Shown here piece after piece: positions 19,329-30,723 of a stretch of DNA of 64,000 bases. The notes below the pieces were generated by a model. The model saw only the letters and a program-made list of their open reading frames with translations. It was not told the origin of the DNA and did not search any database. A program made the translations under genes and the position numbers. The stretch is from a virus. Numbering within the stretch: the stretch's first letter is position 1; each line of letters begins with the position of its first letter. Location: the IMG/VR virus record IMGVR_UViG_3300041955_000531. One strand, given 5' to 3'.

Positions 19329-19988
19329 GTGGCAAAGGATCAACGTAACGCTGAGCTAGGTCTCAGGATTGCCAGCACATCGGATTCTACTAAGTCAGCT
19401 GCTCAGAAAGAGTTGGCGGTAGTTAGTCCCTGCTCGCACTGTCAGAACTTCAGCAAAGCCGGCGATACATCTACTGACCCATACCGTACCTCCTGTCCGC
19501 GGCGTATCTGGATTCAGCAACAAGCAAATGCAGATCCTGATAGTGGTCAAGGACCCGACCCCGTTCTATATCTCTCCGGTACGACTGACCCTAATAAACT
19601 TGCGAATCCGGTCGTGGATCAGAATACTGGTAACTACTTGGTCTGGATTGCCGCGGTAGAAGACAATGCAGGCGTTGTGGATGACCAGGGGAATGTTGTC
19701 ACTACAGGGATCCTCGATAGCAAGTTCGACAACACCTACATCAGATGCCGACTTCTTCCGTATGTATCGGAACAGCATCATGATATTCTTCGCACCCTGG
19801 GTCCATTCCAGGAGATGGATCATGTCGTGGCAGAATCACATCGTATTCCTCCCATGACTACTCCATTCACCTCTACCAGTGTTCAGTATCAGGAAACACC
19901 TATAGCGGGCACTGTTTCAAAGGCCTCCTTCGCATATTCCTTCAATACGGTCAACCCAGATGATCATGGGATAGTTGGTGGCACCTAA
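19329..19988 (+). CDS. Hypothetical baseplate-region protein (CxxC-containing)
   Basis: GTG start with strong RBS; synteny. Confidence 0.6.
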   Translation: MAKDQRNAELGLRIASTSDSTKSAAQKELAVVSPCSHCQNFSKAGDTSTDPYRTSCPRRIWIQQQANADPDSGQGPDPVLYLSGTTDPNKLANPVVDQNTGNYLVWIAAVEDNAGVVDDQGNVVTTGILDSKFDNTYIRCRLLPYVSEQHHDILRTLGPFQEMDHVVAESHRIPPMTTPFTSTSVQYQETPIAGTVSKASFAYSFNTVNPDDHGIVGGT

Positions 19989-20404
19989 TGTCAACTCCTG
20001 CCAATGCGATCGTGAATGACCAGCAGCTTCCCTTGTTTGCTCCGCCGGGCACGCAAGTACCTAAGCTTATACACGCTGGTACGGATTGGGTTGGACAGCC
20101 ATACGTCTTCATTGATGACGCGTCGGCCGCTATGTACAGTAAGTTGGGCCTCGGCATCTTGGTAGACAACATCTTCGGTATCGCTATCAGTGGTCCGACA
20201 TCGTTCTCCGAATCATTGGAGAATATCCACTTTGGTTGTGGTTATTGGACTCTCAATCCAGTCCAGCTTTCAAGTATAGGGTCGAGCGCTGCGGTTCCGG
20301 TGCCAACCCTAGTGAACGATACTCCTCGTCTTTTGTCCTCAGCTGCTACTGTCTCCAGTTCAGTCAGCAATCTACAAGCAGCTGATCCTAGTTTCCCAAG
20401 CTAA
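19988..20404 (+). CDS. Hypothetical baseplate protein (possible spike)
   Basis: TAATG coupling; position before gp25-like gene. Confidence 0.45.
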   Translation: MSTPANAIVNDQQLPLFAPPGTQVPKLIHAGTDWVGQPYVFIDDASAAMYSKLGLGILVDNIFGIAISGPTSFSESLENIHFGCGYWTLNPVQLSSIGSSAAVPVPTLVNDTPRLLSSAATVSSSVSNLQAADPSFPS

Positions 20405-20811
20405 TGGCAACTTCACCTACAATCCCGGGCGGCTTCGTAGACTTCCAGTGGATGTCGCAAGGCGACTTTATCCTCTCTGGCGGTGATCTTGCTACCACTA
20501 ACCCTTCTACCCTGGCAAGTATCCAGGACATGACACGTACCCGATTGAAGGCGGCGCTTAATGGCTGGCAGCTATATCCAATCGGGGCTGACCTGCAAGC
20601 CAGACTAGGTGATACGATTAATCAGGAGCTTAACATCACCTTGCGTCGGCAGGTAAATAACTCTCTGACCAATCAGTTCCTTCCTCGCGGTTCCTTCAAT
20701 GTCCAGAGTATTCAGGACAATGATATCATCACGATCTACGTTTATCTCAATCAGTCCTTGATCGCAACAGCAACGCTGAATCCATTGACAGGGACATCGA
20801 CGGTTTCCTAA
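20404..20811 (+). CDS. Baseplate wedge protein, gp25/GpW-like
   Basis: GDFILSGGDLA...TRLK...GWQLYPIGADL pattern, size 135 aa, directly before J-like gene. Confidence 0.75.
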   Translation: MATSPTIPGGFVDFQWMSQGDFILSGGDLATTNPSTLASIQDMTRTRLKAALNGWQLYPIGADLQARLGDTINQELNITLRRQVNNSLTNQFLPRGSFNVQSIQDNDIITIYVYLNQSLIATATLNPLTGTSTVS

Positions 20812-20812
20812 T

Positions 20813-22015
20813 ATGCCCATACAGCAACCTACCTCAGCGACCACATTCCAAAATCAGATCCTAAGCGCTCTGGCAACTACAGCCATCACTCAGTTGTCGC
20901 CTGGTGGTAAGGCGCGCGCGATCGCTGACATCGTTGGAGATGTGCTGGGCACTACAGAGACAGACTGTTTCAATATGGTGTCTCAGAGTCTGCTGCCTTA
21001 TGCTACTGGCAGCTCCCTAGATTTGATTGGAGATGTCTTTGGTGTGACGCGTCTAGCTCAGACGAATACTACGGTCATTCCAGATGACAACAACTTCGAG
21101 TTCTACGTACGTTCTGGAACCTTCGGTACAATCAATAACGGTCAGAACATCGTAGTGCCTGTAGGTACTACAGTCAGTTCTAGTAGTCCTGGTGGGCCAG
21201 TATTCGTTCTTACGCAGCCTGTGACTTTGGTGGCTGCAAACAGTTCGGCTTATTTTGCCGCAGCCAGCCAGACACCTGGTTCCGCAGGTAACATTGCTTC
21301 AGGTGTCATTGATACTTGCAACTTCCTGAACTATGCACAGTCACAGTACGGCACCCTGCTTGTAACGAACAACTTCGGTGTGGTTGGCGGCGCCGACGCG
21401 GAAGGTGATGATGACTACCGCTACAGAATCAACCTCAAGATCACGTCCAGAGCTGGAGCCAATCAAGCGGCTCTACAGTTCGCTATTCTACAAGTCCCCG
21501 GCGTGCAGAATGTTGTTTTCCAGCCTCAGGCGGGCACGTTTATCTGTTATGTTTATGGGATCGCCCCTCAAGTCCCTCCAAGTTTGCTCCAGCTCGTCCA
21601 AACAGCTATCAATAACACCGCAGCCTATCCATTAACAGGGTTGGCTGTAGCACCGAATCTCGTCGGCATTAGCCTTGAGACAACAGTCACCTTTGTTGCT
21701 GGTGTGTCTTCGGCCAATCAAGCCAGCATCATTCAAAATGCCGTGGCGGCCGCACAGAACTACATCAACAACTTAAGCATCGGGAGTCCCTTGATCATCA
21801 ACGAACTCGCAGCCCAGATAATCAACGCTGATCAGAATATTCTTGACATTGGAACTCCCGATGATCCTATAAACAGTATCTTCATCTGGCGCAGCCGCGC
21901 AGACAATACAAGATACAGCCGCTTCCTAGTACAAGACTACACGCCGGCTTTGGGCGAACGTATTGTAACTGAGTACTCGATCTCTAACCCGATCAACTTG
22001 ATCCCAGCATCCTAA
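20813..22015 (+). CDS. Baseplate J-like protein
   Basis: ATGSSLDLIGDVFGVTR, GSAGNIASG, GGADAEGDDDYRYRI, LQVPGV. Confidence 0.92.
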   Translation: MPIQQPTSATTFQNQILSALATTAITQLSPGGKARAIADIVGDVLGTTETDCFNMVSQSLLPYATGSSLDLIGDVFGVTRLAQTNTTVIPDDNNFEFYVRSGTFGTINNGQNIVVPVGTTVSSSSPGGPVFVLTQPVTLVAANSSAYFAAASQTPGSAGNIASGVIDTCNFLNYAQSQYGTLLVTNNFGVVGGADAEGDDDYRYRINLKITSRAGANQAALQFAILQVPGVQNVVFQPQAGTFICYVYGIAPQVPPSLLQLVQTAINNTAAYPLTGLAVAPNLVGISLETTVTFVAGVSSANQASIIQNAVAAAQNYINNLSIGSPLIINELAAQIINADQNILDIGTPDDPINSIFIWRSRADNTRYSRFLVQDYTPALGERIVTEYSISNPINLIPAS

Positions 22016-23553
22016 TGAGCACACCGCCAACAATCTATTCGCACCTGACCCAGGTGATGCTGAACTATTACCCTGATACGGATATCCGTGTTCGAGAGAA
22101 TCCTGTCACTGTTGTTGCTCAGCTGTTAAACTCTATTGCTAATCCGATGGAGCTTCAGAACATGCAGATCCAACGGGAACTTCGCGCGCTGAATCTATCG
22201 GATGTCCCGATGAACATAGATAATGGCGGTGTCTACTATGGAGCTTTGGTCCCTCTATCGTTTAACCTGCCTTATGATGCTCAAGGCAATCTCCTGCCGC
22301 CGACCACTATCAAGGGTCAAATAGTTGGGGGACCTTTAGTCACGTTGACAGCCTATGATGATACGCTTCCGGTGCCTACGCGTATCTATCAGGACTCTAG
22401 TATTCCAGCTGTGGCTTTGTCGAACCCTCAGCTCATCAATGTGACTGGAGATGGGGTTACGCCCTTCAATCTTAGTCCTGGTGTCTTGCCTCTGCCTAAT
22501 GCTATCTTGTTCACAGTACACGGGATGGGCTCAGTAACCACAGCCTTTAGTATCTCGATTACAGGATACCTGAATCCTCCTGCTGTGTGGCCCCAGGACA
22601 TCAGTACCCGCAATGAAGTCCTGGTCATTTCAGATGACGGCTTCTATCAGACAGACTCCGTCTGGTATTCGATTAGCAGCATTAGTGTGACAGGTCTGCC
22701 TGCAGGCTGTCAGCTGATAGGTTATGTGCTGGGTGTTCAGCTCCCGGCCGAGCAGGATATAGATCGTCCATTCACACATCCTGCCTACCGTGGCATTACC
22801 TTCCCACGTTACTGGCAGCTAGATGATGTGACGCTAAAGGAAGTCTACAAGCGCAATAGATTCGCTGGGTATGAAACCTACCAGACTTATCTACTGACAT
22901 CTACGATGGTTGATTGTGCGGTAGAACCGAATACCAACGGTATGTTCCTGGCTGACGGTACGAACTTGATCTACGCCGATCGTCGAACACCGATGCCAGC
23001 CAATCTGATCGAGACTGGACATACGTCAGAGCCACCCTATACCATCAATGTGTGGTATGATTACAACAAACCTGGGGATACGAAGTATGCTTACATTTCC
23101 CCAATAGCAATGGCACAAGCCTCAACAGTAACGCAATGGCGTTACATCATTGAGGATCCGAATGGTGTTCTGTATGTGCTTTTGCCGAGCGGTATTCTTC
23201 AGCAGTACTCAGGTACAGGAGGCTGGAGTGATGGCTATCCTACACCTGTTGCGTTTCCACTGACGGTCATTGGTACTTGGCTAATCTCCCTGGAAACATT
23301 GGGGACAAACAATGTCAAAGCAGCCGACACCTTCCCGTTCGGAAACTTCGAAGCCCAAATCAAAACTACTGTCAGTCTGGCCTCTGTGGTTCCTGCCATA
23401 CAGGGTATTGCGTTTGATGCCTACGACAAGCTCTGGGCCTGGACCGGACAGTTCGCAATCCCGCTAAAGATCTCCTACGATGCCTATGTGTGGGATCCTA
23501 GCACTAGAACGATTTACGCAACAGACGATTATTCGTCCGTCACTATAAGCTAA
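22015..23553 (+). CDS. Baseplate/virion structural protein
   Basis: Long ORF, TAATG coupling, beta-rich composition. Confidence 0.65.
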   Translation: MSTPPTIYSHLTQVMLNYYPDTDIRVRENPVTVVAQLLNSIANPMELQNMQIQRELRALNLSDVPMNIDNGGVYYGALVPLSFNLPYDAQGNLLPPTTIKGQIVGGPLVTLTAYDDTLPVPTRIYQDSSIPAVALSNPQLINVTGDGVTPFNLSPGVLPLPNAILFTVHGMGSVTTAFSISITGYLNPPAVWPQDISTRNEVLVISDDGFYQTDSVWYSISSISVTGLPAGCQLIGYVLGVQLPAEQDIDRPFTHPAYRGITFPRYWQLDDVTLKEVYKRNRFAGYETYQTYLLTSTMVDCAVEPNTNGMFLADGTNLIYADRRTPMPANLIETGHTSEPPYTINVWYDYNKPGDTKYAYISPIAMAQASTVTQWRYIIEDPNGVLYVLLPSGILQQYSGTGGWSDGYPTPVAFPLTVIGTWLISLETLGTNNVKAADTFPFGNFEAQIKTTVSLASVVPAIQGIAFDAYDKLWAWTGQFAIPLKISYDAYVWDPSTRTIYATDDYSSVTIS

Positions 23554-24356
23554 TGGCCCCTACAACAATCACAACGATTACCCAGACCAACAGCACTACC
23601 TATGCTGATGAGGTAGGAGTACTGATAGGTCTAAGCCGCCTGCCTGGTGAGACGTCTGAAGCGTACATCAAGCGCCTGAATAACGCTACTCGCATCGATA
23701 CTAGTCAGGACTATGTAGGGTTGCTGAATGAGTTGACCCTTCAGCTGGGTCTGACGATAGGTAACGTGATCTCCCTGGCTAGTGTGTCTGGTAATCCACT
23801 GCAGGTGGATATAGCTTTGAATGGTATCACTTTAACTGATACAATAACTCTAGCTACCCAGACCGTTCCAGTTGTGTTGGTGGATATCGACGATGCTTGG
23901 ACTTGGTACATGCTATCTGATGTTGTGGGGACGATCAACGCGGGCACGGTTGCAACGGCTACGCTATTGGTTGCAGACGGGCCAACTATTCGAATATCTC
24001 GGCAGTCAAACCTCCTCACAGTCATTGCGCAGCCGATCTCTGGTCAGAATGTTAACGTTGGGTATACCAATGTTATCCCTGGCTCAGAACTCTTTAACGT
24101 GCCTGTTTCCTCTTACACACCCAACTATGCTACTGGCACGTTTGTCTTCAGCTCTCCAGTCCCAACTGGCACACAAATAACCTATAAGCGTTTGGTGTGG
24201 CCATACAATATCATTGGTGGGGATGTTTCTCTCTACTCGTTGCTGGATCCCGCCGTCGGTCAGATGGCACAAGGTCCTGCGGGTACTATGGTGTATCAGA
24301 TTCAAGAAGCTGTTGAAGCTATCATGCAGCAAGATCAGAGTTATTGGGCGACCTAA
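23553..24356 (+). CDS. Baseplate wedge protein (gpI/gp7-like N-terminus)
   Basis: ADEVGVLIGLSRLPGETSEAYIKRL motif. Confidence 0.65.
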   Translation: MAPTTITTITQTNSTTYADEVGVLIGLSRLPGETSEAYIKRLNNATRIDTSQDYVGLLNELTLQLGLTIGNVISLASVSGNPLQVDIALNGITLTDTITLATQTVPVVLVDIDDAWTWYMLSDVVGTINAGTVATATLLVADGPTIRISRQSNLLTVIAQPISGQNVNVGYTNVIPGSELFNVPVSSYTPNYATGTFVFSSPVPTGTQITYKRLVWPYNIIGGDVSLYSLLDPAVGQMAQGPAGTMVYQIQEAVEAIMQQDQSYWAT

Positions 24357-27300
24357 TGCTACAGTTCTTCAAAGATGCAGGCTTGACCCTGCCTATCACA
24401 AACTTCACACCTAAGTGGACGTCTGTTCCGACGAAAGGCGCCATCAAGATCACATCCGTGTATCTTGGAGATGCTTATACATCTATTGTTTCGCAGGTTG
24501 TGTCGCCCTCGGCAACAACGATTTACTTGACCCAAGTGGATGAGCTCTCTCCATCAGGTGGTACGGTTACCATTGATGGCGAAGTTATACCTTACGCTGC
24601 GGCTTCCAAAACCCCATCTCCAAACATCAGTGGTTGTACTCGTGGCGTAGGGGCTGCTGGACATCTGGTAGGTGCGATTGTTTACCCACAGACTACATAT
24701 CCTACTGTGTCTGGTGGCAACATCACGATTTTGATTAACGGTATGACAGCTGCCCCGATTGGTTTGGGCTTGGCTACCGCGTCGGGTATCTTTGGACCTC
24801 CTGGTGTTCCCCTCCTGCTTCCAGTAAGTAGTGTGGTTTCAGGTGTAGCTGGGGCAATCCAAATAAGGCTGCAGTTTACTGCGCCGGCTGGAGCAGAGGC
24901 ACAATATCACAACCTCTCTATCATACCTATATTGATGTATCATCCTGCTGATGTGAATGATGTGTCTCACTACTTTGTGCAGCCTTCATGTATTTTGTAT
25001 GTTCAGCAGCGTGACCAAGGTTTGGTTCAGAGGATGCGTTTGCTACCAGCAAATCGCCAGGTGACTTCCGATCTGCCTGGCTTCACTTGGGGACAGTATC
25101 GCTGGCGCGACAACACAACCGAGAACTCGGTTGCTATCGTACCTACAAAGTGGGATACAGATACTAATCTAATCACACAAGACTTCATTGGTGGTGTGGG
25201 CAGCATCGGTGAGACAAACGACCTGGAGCCTATTGAACTACAGGAGATCGATAGTTCCATCTACCTGCGTGCGCGCCAGGGGCAGTACTTCACAGGTGTG
25301 AAGCGCTACTTCTTTCCATCAGATAACTGGAACCTAGAGTTCCTTCCGTGTGCTATCGGCGGTTCTTTGACATACCAACTCATTGCTCCACCGCGTGAAC
25401 AAACTACAGTCTTTGTTGGTAACTGGCGCTTGGATGGTCAGGGCTTCTATGAATATAATCTGAATGCTCGCTATACCTTCGGACCGAACTTCAATCCTAC
25501 GGATACAGTCAACCCACAGTTTACCGTCGATCGTGTAACAGGGATATTGACAATCAATCCTGCAGTTCAAAGTCCCCAGACAACTATCTTACTAGGTGTG
25601 TTGTCGGGCGGTGTTACCGAGTACTTTGATCTGCCATACTATCCAGTTGATAGTGTGCTCCAACTATACGTTACAGGCCCTATAGTCAATATCCCTGCCT
25701 ACACCTTCAATCGTGAGCAGGGATTCATCACGTTCCCAAAGGCTAGCGGTACTGCTGCTGGGCAGCCGCTCTTTGCCTTGGTCAACCCAGCTATAGCAGT
25801 CGAGTATGAGTATGATGTTCCAGATGAGACTGAGATCCAGAATACGAATATCCCAGATGAACAGGATCTCCTGAAGGATACACGCCTTCTGACTCCAGAT
25901 GTGAATCCTGCATTCTCTGGACTGTCAAGTGGTTATATGTACTTACAGCATCGCGTTCTTCGTCCAGTGGCTGTGACTCTGTCGGCAGACAAGCCGCAGA
26001 TTGCCATCCCTCCGACGCTCGACTCGATTATAGGCTTAATAGCCTATGGTCCTGTCTATTACAATGGTGATCATGCGCTACTGACAGCTACGGCCATCGG
26101 AAGCTTGCCAAATGAAGTGATACCTGGCGCCCAGCTACAAGTTGTGCCTGGTGGTTATAACCCATTGAATGGTCAGCCGCTGCAGAGCTATCCTTTCCGC
26201 GGCTTGATCAACGGTGTAGATCCCAATACTACTCCAGTGATTGTTGTAACTGGTGGTGACGGGATTGCAAACCTTGTATATCAGCCTGACAATGATTTTG
26301 GTTTCTACATTCCAACTACTGCTCCGTGGCTTGTCACTAGTGTCACACAGACTCCTTCAGCTACACCTACCTGGACTGCAGTTTCAGGTGGTGGTTATGC
26401 AACCGTTGAACTGCCATCTCCTCTGCTGCATGAATACTGGGCAGGTGGTAATCTTCGCCTGACGGGCTTTGCGCCTGCGACATGGAATGGTGACTGGCAA
26501 ATATTGACAGTTGATGCTGCTATCAATACGCTGACTATTAATATGCCGAATGATCCAGGAGCGGTAACTGTACCTGGATTGGCCGGACCAACAGATACGC
26601 TAGTCCTGCCTGTTCCAATCTCTATTAGCCAACTTTGGGCTGCGCCGCCATCTAATGAAGGCTGGCTGGATTATGTTTATCCTGTTCTGAGTAATCAGCC
26701 TCTGTTCGGTCTGAGTTCTCTGCCTCTGACAGGTAATGCTTCCATTGTAGGTGGTACTGGAACCGTACAAGTAGTAAACAATCCACCGATAATGTTGGCA
26801 GCCGGCAATCCTATTACTATCTCCAATGCCACTTCATGGATATTGGATGGCCCTTGGGTTATCAGTACGGCATCTTTGGTTTCTGGTGTATGGACAGTTA
26901 CATTCGCTGCTCCTGGGTCTCTGTCATCGATAGCACAGACGGCTGGTAGTTTGCTTGCTACAGGCGCCGTGCCTTTCGTAACAGATGGTACTGTGGATGG
27001 CGCCGAGACTATTCTTAGTGTCACATGGGCAAGTAATGTTGCCCACTATACACTAGCTGCTACTCCGACCAATCTTGAAGAAGGACAGAACGTCCAGATC
27101 AAGGGATGTACGACCTCTACTTTGAATGGCTTTCAGAATGTCCTGTCGATCGTCGGCAATGTGGTTAGCACTCCCACAACTACTGCAGGTTCAGGAACTG
27201 AGTCTGAAGCTGGAGCCACACTGACATACAGCAACTTTGTTATGAACGGTGTGATCACTGAATGGACTAAGAGTCTTATTCCTTGGACTTCAGGTTATGC

Positions 27301-28081
27301 TTATCAAGCTGGGGATGTGATTCTGGATCCCAATGGAAACATTCAGCTGGTCACTATTGGTGGTACGTCTGGTGTATCTGTTTCCTGGAGCGCTTTATTC
27401 AATCAGCCGACGGTAGATAATGCTGTTACTTGGGTCAATCGTGGTGTACCTGGACCAAGTACAGCTGTTCCTATCCATGTCTATGATAAGAATGGGAACG
27501 ATTACTTTGATAACATTTTCAGTCTAATAGGGAATGCAAGTATTGATGGTTCTGGTGTAGCAACAGTTGAGGTTGTGCAAGGACCTGGTGCGAGCACGCT
27601 GACTGTAAATGATATCATCAATGTCTACAATGCAACATCTGCTAGCCTAGACGGCTCATGGAAGATTTTGACTGCATCTCCAAGCACTCCATCGGCTGGC
27701 TTTACAACTATTACGTATCAAACGAATGCTGCGATACTTGCTCCTACGTTCCAACATTCTGGTACGTTGAATGATACCTCACAGGGATTCAACGGTGACG
27801 CCGTGCAGGTTGTATTCAACCAGACGCTGCCTAATCCATCTCAGGGATTCGTACAGGCTTATCTGTTCCAGTTCCTGGAAAGAGAGATCATCCAGATGCA
27901 GGTGGTGGGTACAAACATCTATAGCAACTCAATCATGTTGCAGATGCAGCCGCCAAATCAGCTTATCAATAATCCGTATATCGTACCAAGTACGGACCAA
28001 ACTGCAGTTCCGCCGTATTATCCGACGCCGCTTTCAAACAGCGTGCTCAACCAAAACAGATTGGGGATCGTCACTCCATAA
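24356..28081 (+). CDS. Large baseplate/fibre-associated protein with repeated beta modules and a CBM5/12-like module
   Basis: Start moved to the coupled ATG at 24356; four repeats of the type G.xITISNAT..LDG.W.I; WTSGYAYQAGDVI...VDNAVTW module. Confidence 0.7.
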   Translation: MLQFFKDAGLTLPITNFTPKWTSVPTKGAIKITSVYLGDAYTSIVSQVVSPSATTIYLTQVDELSPSGGTVTIDGEVIPYAAASKTPSPNISGCTRGVGAAGHLVGAIVYPQTTYPTVSGGNITILINGMTAAPIGLGLATASGIFGPPGVPLLLPVSSVVSGVAGAIQIRLQFTAPAGAEAQYHNLSIIPILMYHPADVNDVSHYFVQPSCILYVQQRDQGLVQRMRLLPANRQVTSDLPGFTWGQYRWRDNTTENSVAIVPTKWDTDTNLITQDFIGGVGSIGETNDLEPIELQEIDSSIYLRARQGQYFTGVKRYFFPSDNWNLEFLPCAIGGSLTYQLIAPPREQTTVFVGNWRLDGQGFYEYNLNARYTFGPNFNPTDTVNPQFTVDRVTGILTINPAVQSPQTTILLGVLSGGVTEYFDLPYYPVDSVLQLYVTGPIVNIPAYTFNREQGFITFPKASGTAAGQPLFALVNPAIAVEYEYDVPDETEIQNTNIPDEQDLLKDTRLLTPDVNPAFSGLSSGYMYLQHRVLRPVAVTLSADKPQIAIPPTLDSIIGLIAYGPVYYNGDHALLTATAIGSLPNEVIPGAQLQVVPGGYNPLNGQPLQSYPFRGLINGVDPNTTPVIVVTGGDGIANLVYQPDNDFGFYIPTTAPWLVTSVTQTPSATPTWTAVSGGGYATVELPSPLLHEYWAGGNLRLTGFAPATWNGDWQILTVDAAINTLTINMPNDPGAVTVPGLAGPTDTLVLPVPISISQLWAAPPSNEGWLDYVYPVLSNQPLFGLSSLPLTGNASIVGGTGTVQVVNNPPIMLAAGNPITISNATSWILDGPWVISTASLVSGVWTVTFAAPGSLSSIAQTAGSLLATGAVPFVTDGTVDGAETILSVTWASNVAHYTLAATPTNLEEGQNVQIKGCTTSTLNGFQNVLSIVGNVVSTPTTTAGSGTESEAGATLTYSNFVMNGVITEWTKSLIPWTSGYAYQAGDVILDPNGNIQLVTIGGTSGVSVSWSALFNQPTVDNAVTWVNRGVPGPSTAVPIHVYDKNGNDYFDNIFSLIGNASIDGSGVATVEVVQGPGASTLTVNDIINVYNATSASLDGSWKILTASPSTPSAGFTTITYQTNAAILAPTFQHSGTLNDTSQGFNGDAVQVVFNQTLPNPSQGFVQAYLFQFLEREIIQMQVVGTNIYSNSIMLQMQPPNQLINNPYIVPSTDQTAVPPYYPTPLSNSVLNQNRLGIVTP

Positions 28082-28091
28082 GGAATAACAC

Positions 28092-30722
28092 ATGCCTTCT
28101 ACTCCATCTCTCTATCGCTATATTGACTTCATCGGGGGTAACATCCTCGATGCCAGCAACGTGACGTTGCTGCAGACTATACTCGAGGGTCGCTCGGTCT
28201 CCGCGGTGAACGGAATCACGGGTATGGCACAGCTGTTTGCGCAAGGTACGCTGCTCAACTGTGTGTTCAATATCACTGGCTCCACGATCGTAATGACGCA
28301 TGCAAATGCTAGCTATCCAATCTATGTATTGGTGAACGATCGCTTTGAATCACTTGGTAATACTGTTACGATCGCCGGCTCGCAGCCAGGTTCTGGCACG
28401 GTAAACCTCTATTTGAACTGGGCATGGAATCAAGTTACCAGTGCAACCGATCCATCATTCCTTGATGGTATTACTGGCCAGCCTACGATTCAGGCTGGGC
28501 AGTTGGCATTGGATGTAGACTGGGCAGACACTCATGGCTCTCCAAGTCCAACTCAGTTTGCAATAAACTCTGCGCCGATCGTCCTGGCTATCTTCAATAT
28601 GAGTGCTACACCGAATGTAACGGTCACTTACATCAACGGTGTGCTTCCTTATGCTCAAGGCAATCCTAATCAAGCTGGACTGGTAGCTCTTACAGATGAT
28701 TCTGGTCTTGCTGTTGGCAGTACAGATTCTCGTCTGAGTGATGAACGTGTTCCTGCACCAGGAAGCGTTTATAGCTCCTCGGTTGCCACATTGTTGGTGA
28801 CAGGTATACGTAGTTCTGGTTTGCCAGCTTGGCTGCCAGGTCTCGCCGCTCCAGGAGCAGAAGTAGTAGACTCTGCTGGGAATCTCGAGACTTGTATCGG
28901 TACAGTGATAACCGCTCAGGCTGTAGTACCTTGGATACCTGCGGATATCCCTGCAACACTCGTAACTGACCTCTACTACAATAATGTACCTGGCGGACCT
29001 GCCTGGGGTTGGAACCCCGTTATTGGCAATCTTACACTTCAGATCATCGCCAATAACGTCGGTGCTGCTTTGTGGTGGGCATGGCGGAATGGTGGACCAG
29101 CAGGTGTACCTGCTTATAGCCCGACAGCTTCTGTTGCTTTCACCCTCACAGGCGTTACAGTTTCTGGAAATACCGCAATCTATGCTGGAGCTATTACAGG
29201 CACTATCGGTAGTGAACCTATCACTGGTGCTGCTAGTGCTCTTGCTGGCTTGCGCTTTACCATTACAGGATTTACCAATGCAGGAAACAACGGTCCAGAG
29301 TTGCTCTGCACCTCTTCTACTGCTACAAGCCTGACGTTAGTAAATCAGTATGCAGTACCAGAAGGCCCAGGAACATATACAGCCACTCTCAATCAGGGTG
29401 GTGTCTCCAGCGATGATCTCATCTATTCAACTCAAAGCCAGACTGTAACACAAGCTCTGGACGCATTGAATGCTGGGTTGGCTGGTAGTGGTACAGTCAA
29501 GTCCGTTTTCGGCCGCACTGGAATCGTAGTAGCCCAAGCCGGGGACTATACAGCTTCTCAGGTTGGCGCTGCTCCTTCTTCCCACGTTGGTCTACAGCTG
29601 GGATTACCTGCAAGTCACCCTGCTTCCGTGACTTCTAACACAAGTGGTTTCACAGTTAATGAGGGTGTGGGTGCTTTGTCTGGTGATGCGGTTGCTTTGC
29701 TGGATAGCGCCAGTTCTCGTAAGGCAGCTATCACTCACAGCGGAGATATCTATTCCCTATTGGCGAATGCAGCTAATGCTCAAGGTAAGAGTGGAACCGG
29801 CGGGCCGGCTACCTATCGTGGCACTTTGGGACTTATGTCCCTGATTGCTAACGTACTCGCTGAGCACGTTAACTATAACACCTCGCCCAATAACAATCCT
29901 CATGGTTTGACTGCAGGGGATATCGGTGCAGCCAGCGAGACTTATGTTAATACCACCGTGGCTGGTATTATCTCAGATGTCACCGCTTATACTGATGCAA
30001 AGACAAACATCTCTATTCGTGTTGTGACTACTCCTGGACCTGCCTTCCCGAATGACATGATCAATCCTGCGGGCGGAAGTACGACAGGTCAGCCTGGGTT
30101 GCCCCATAACTCTCCAGGTCAAGCAGCTATTGCTTACCCAAGTACTTCGGCTTCTATTACCTATGTCATCGTGAACTTTGGCGGCTTCTTCGAAATCGCT
30201 TTCGGTAACGGTGTGTACGCTGGTACTCAGCAAGTAGCTCTGCCTGAAGCAACAGGTTGGAGTGGTACAAACTTCTATGCTAGTGCCTCATTGTCGTTTG
30301 CTATGGATATCACCTATGATACCAAGGGCAACTATTATGAAGCCGTCGTTAATAATAGTACTCGTATTGTCAAGGTCATTGGTACAGCTGATGAGAGCCA
30401 CAACTACGTATGGAACGGTATCGCTGCAGTAACAGCGATTGCATGGAGAAATCTGACTGCGAATGCATTGATCATCAGTGCATTCGATACAACAACTCAG
30501 ACCTTCAACCAGGGTTCTGTTGGAAACACTGTTCAGATACAAGGTCGTAACTTTGGCAGCTCCGGCACACTTTCTTTCAATGGCTATGCTGCGTCAATCT
30601 CTGGCTACTCTTCGACAAGTATTACTTGCACAATCCCTGGGACTGCAACAACAGGTGTTCTGACTGTTACCCCAACAGGTGGTACGCCAGTTAGCAGCCC
30701 ATTCGTCTTTACAATCGTGTAA
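28092..30722 (+). CDS. Tail fibre protein with C-terminal IPT/TIG domain
   Basis: VKSVFGRTGIVVAQAGDYTASQVGA and NNPHGLTAGDIGA fibre motifs; GSVGNTVQIQGRNFG...SITCTIPGTATTG IPT domain. Confidence 0.8.
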   Translation: MPSTPSLYRYIDFIGGNILDASNVTLLQTILEGRSVSAVNGITGMAQLFAQGTLLNCVFNITGSTIVMTHANASYPIYVLVNDRFESLGNTVTIAGSQPGSGTVNLYLNWAWNQVTSATDPSFLDGITGQPTIQAGQLALDVDWADTHGSPSPTQFAINSAPIVLAIFNMSATPNVTVTYINGVLPYAQGNPNQAGLVALTDDSGLAVGSTDSRLSDERVPAPGSVYSSSVATLLVTGIRSSGLPAWLPGLAAPGAEVVDSAGNLETCIGTVITAQAVVPWIPADIPATLVTDLYYNNVPGGPAWGWNPVIGNLTLQIIANNVGAALWWAWRNGGPAGVPAYSPTASVAFTLTGVTVSGNTAIYAGAITGTIGSEPITGAASALAGLRFTITGFTNAGNNGPELLCTSSTATSLTLVNQYAVPEGPGTYTATLNQGGVSSDDLIYSTQSQTVTQALDALNAGLAGSGTVKSVFGRTGIVVAQAGDYTASQVGAAPSSHVGLQLGLPASHPASVTSNTSGFTVNEGVGALSGDAVALLDSASSRKAAITHSGDIYSLLANAANAQGKSGTGGPATYRGTLGLMSLIANVLAEHVNYNTSPNNNPHGLTAGDIGAASETYVNTTVAGIISDVTAYTDAKTNISIRVVTTPGPAFPNDMINPAGGSTTGQPGLPHNSPGQAAIAYPSTSASITYVIVNFGGFFEIAFGNGVYAGTQQVALPEATGWSGTNFYASASLSFAMDITYDTKGNYYEAVVNNSTRIVKVIGTADESHNYVWNGIAAVTAIAWRNLTANALIISAFDTTTQTFNQGSVGNTVQIQGRNFGSSGTLSFNGYAASISGYSSTSITCTIPGTATTGVLTVTPTGGTPVSSPFVFTIV

Positions 30723-30723
30723 T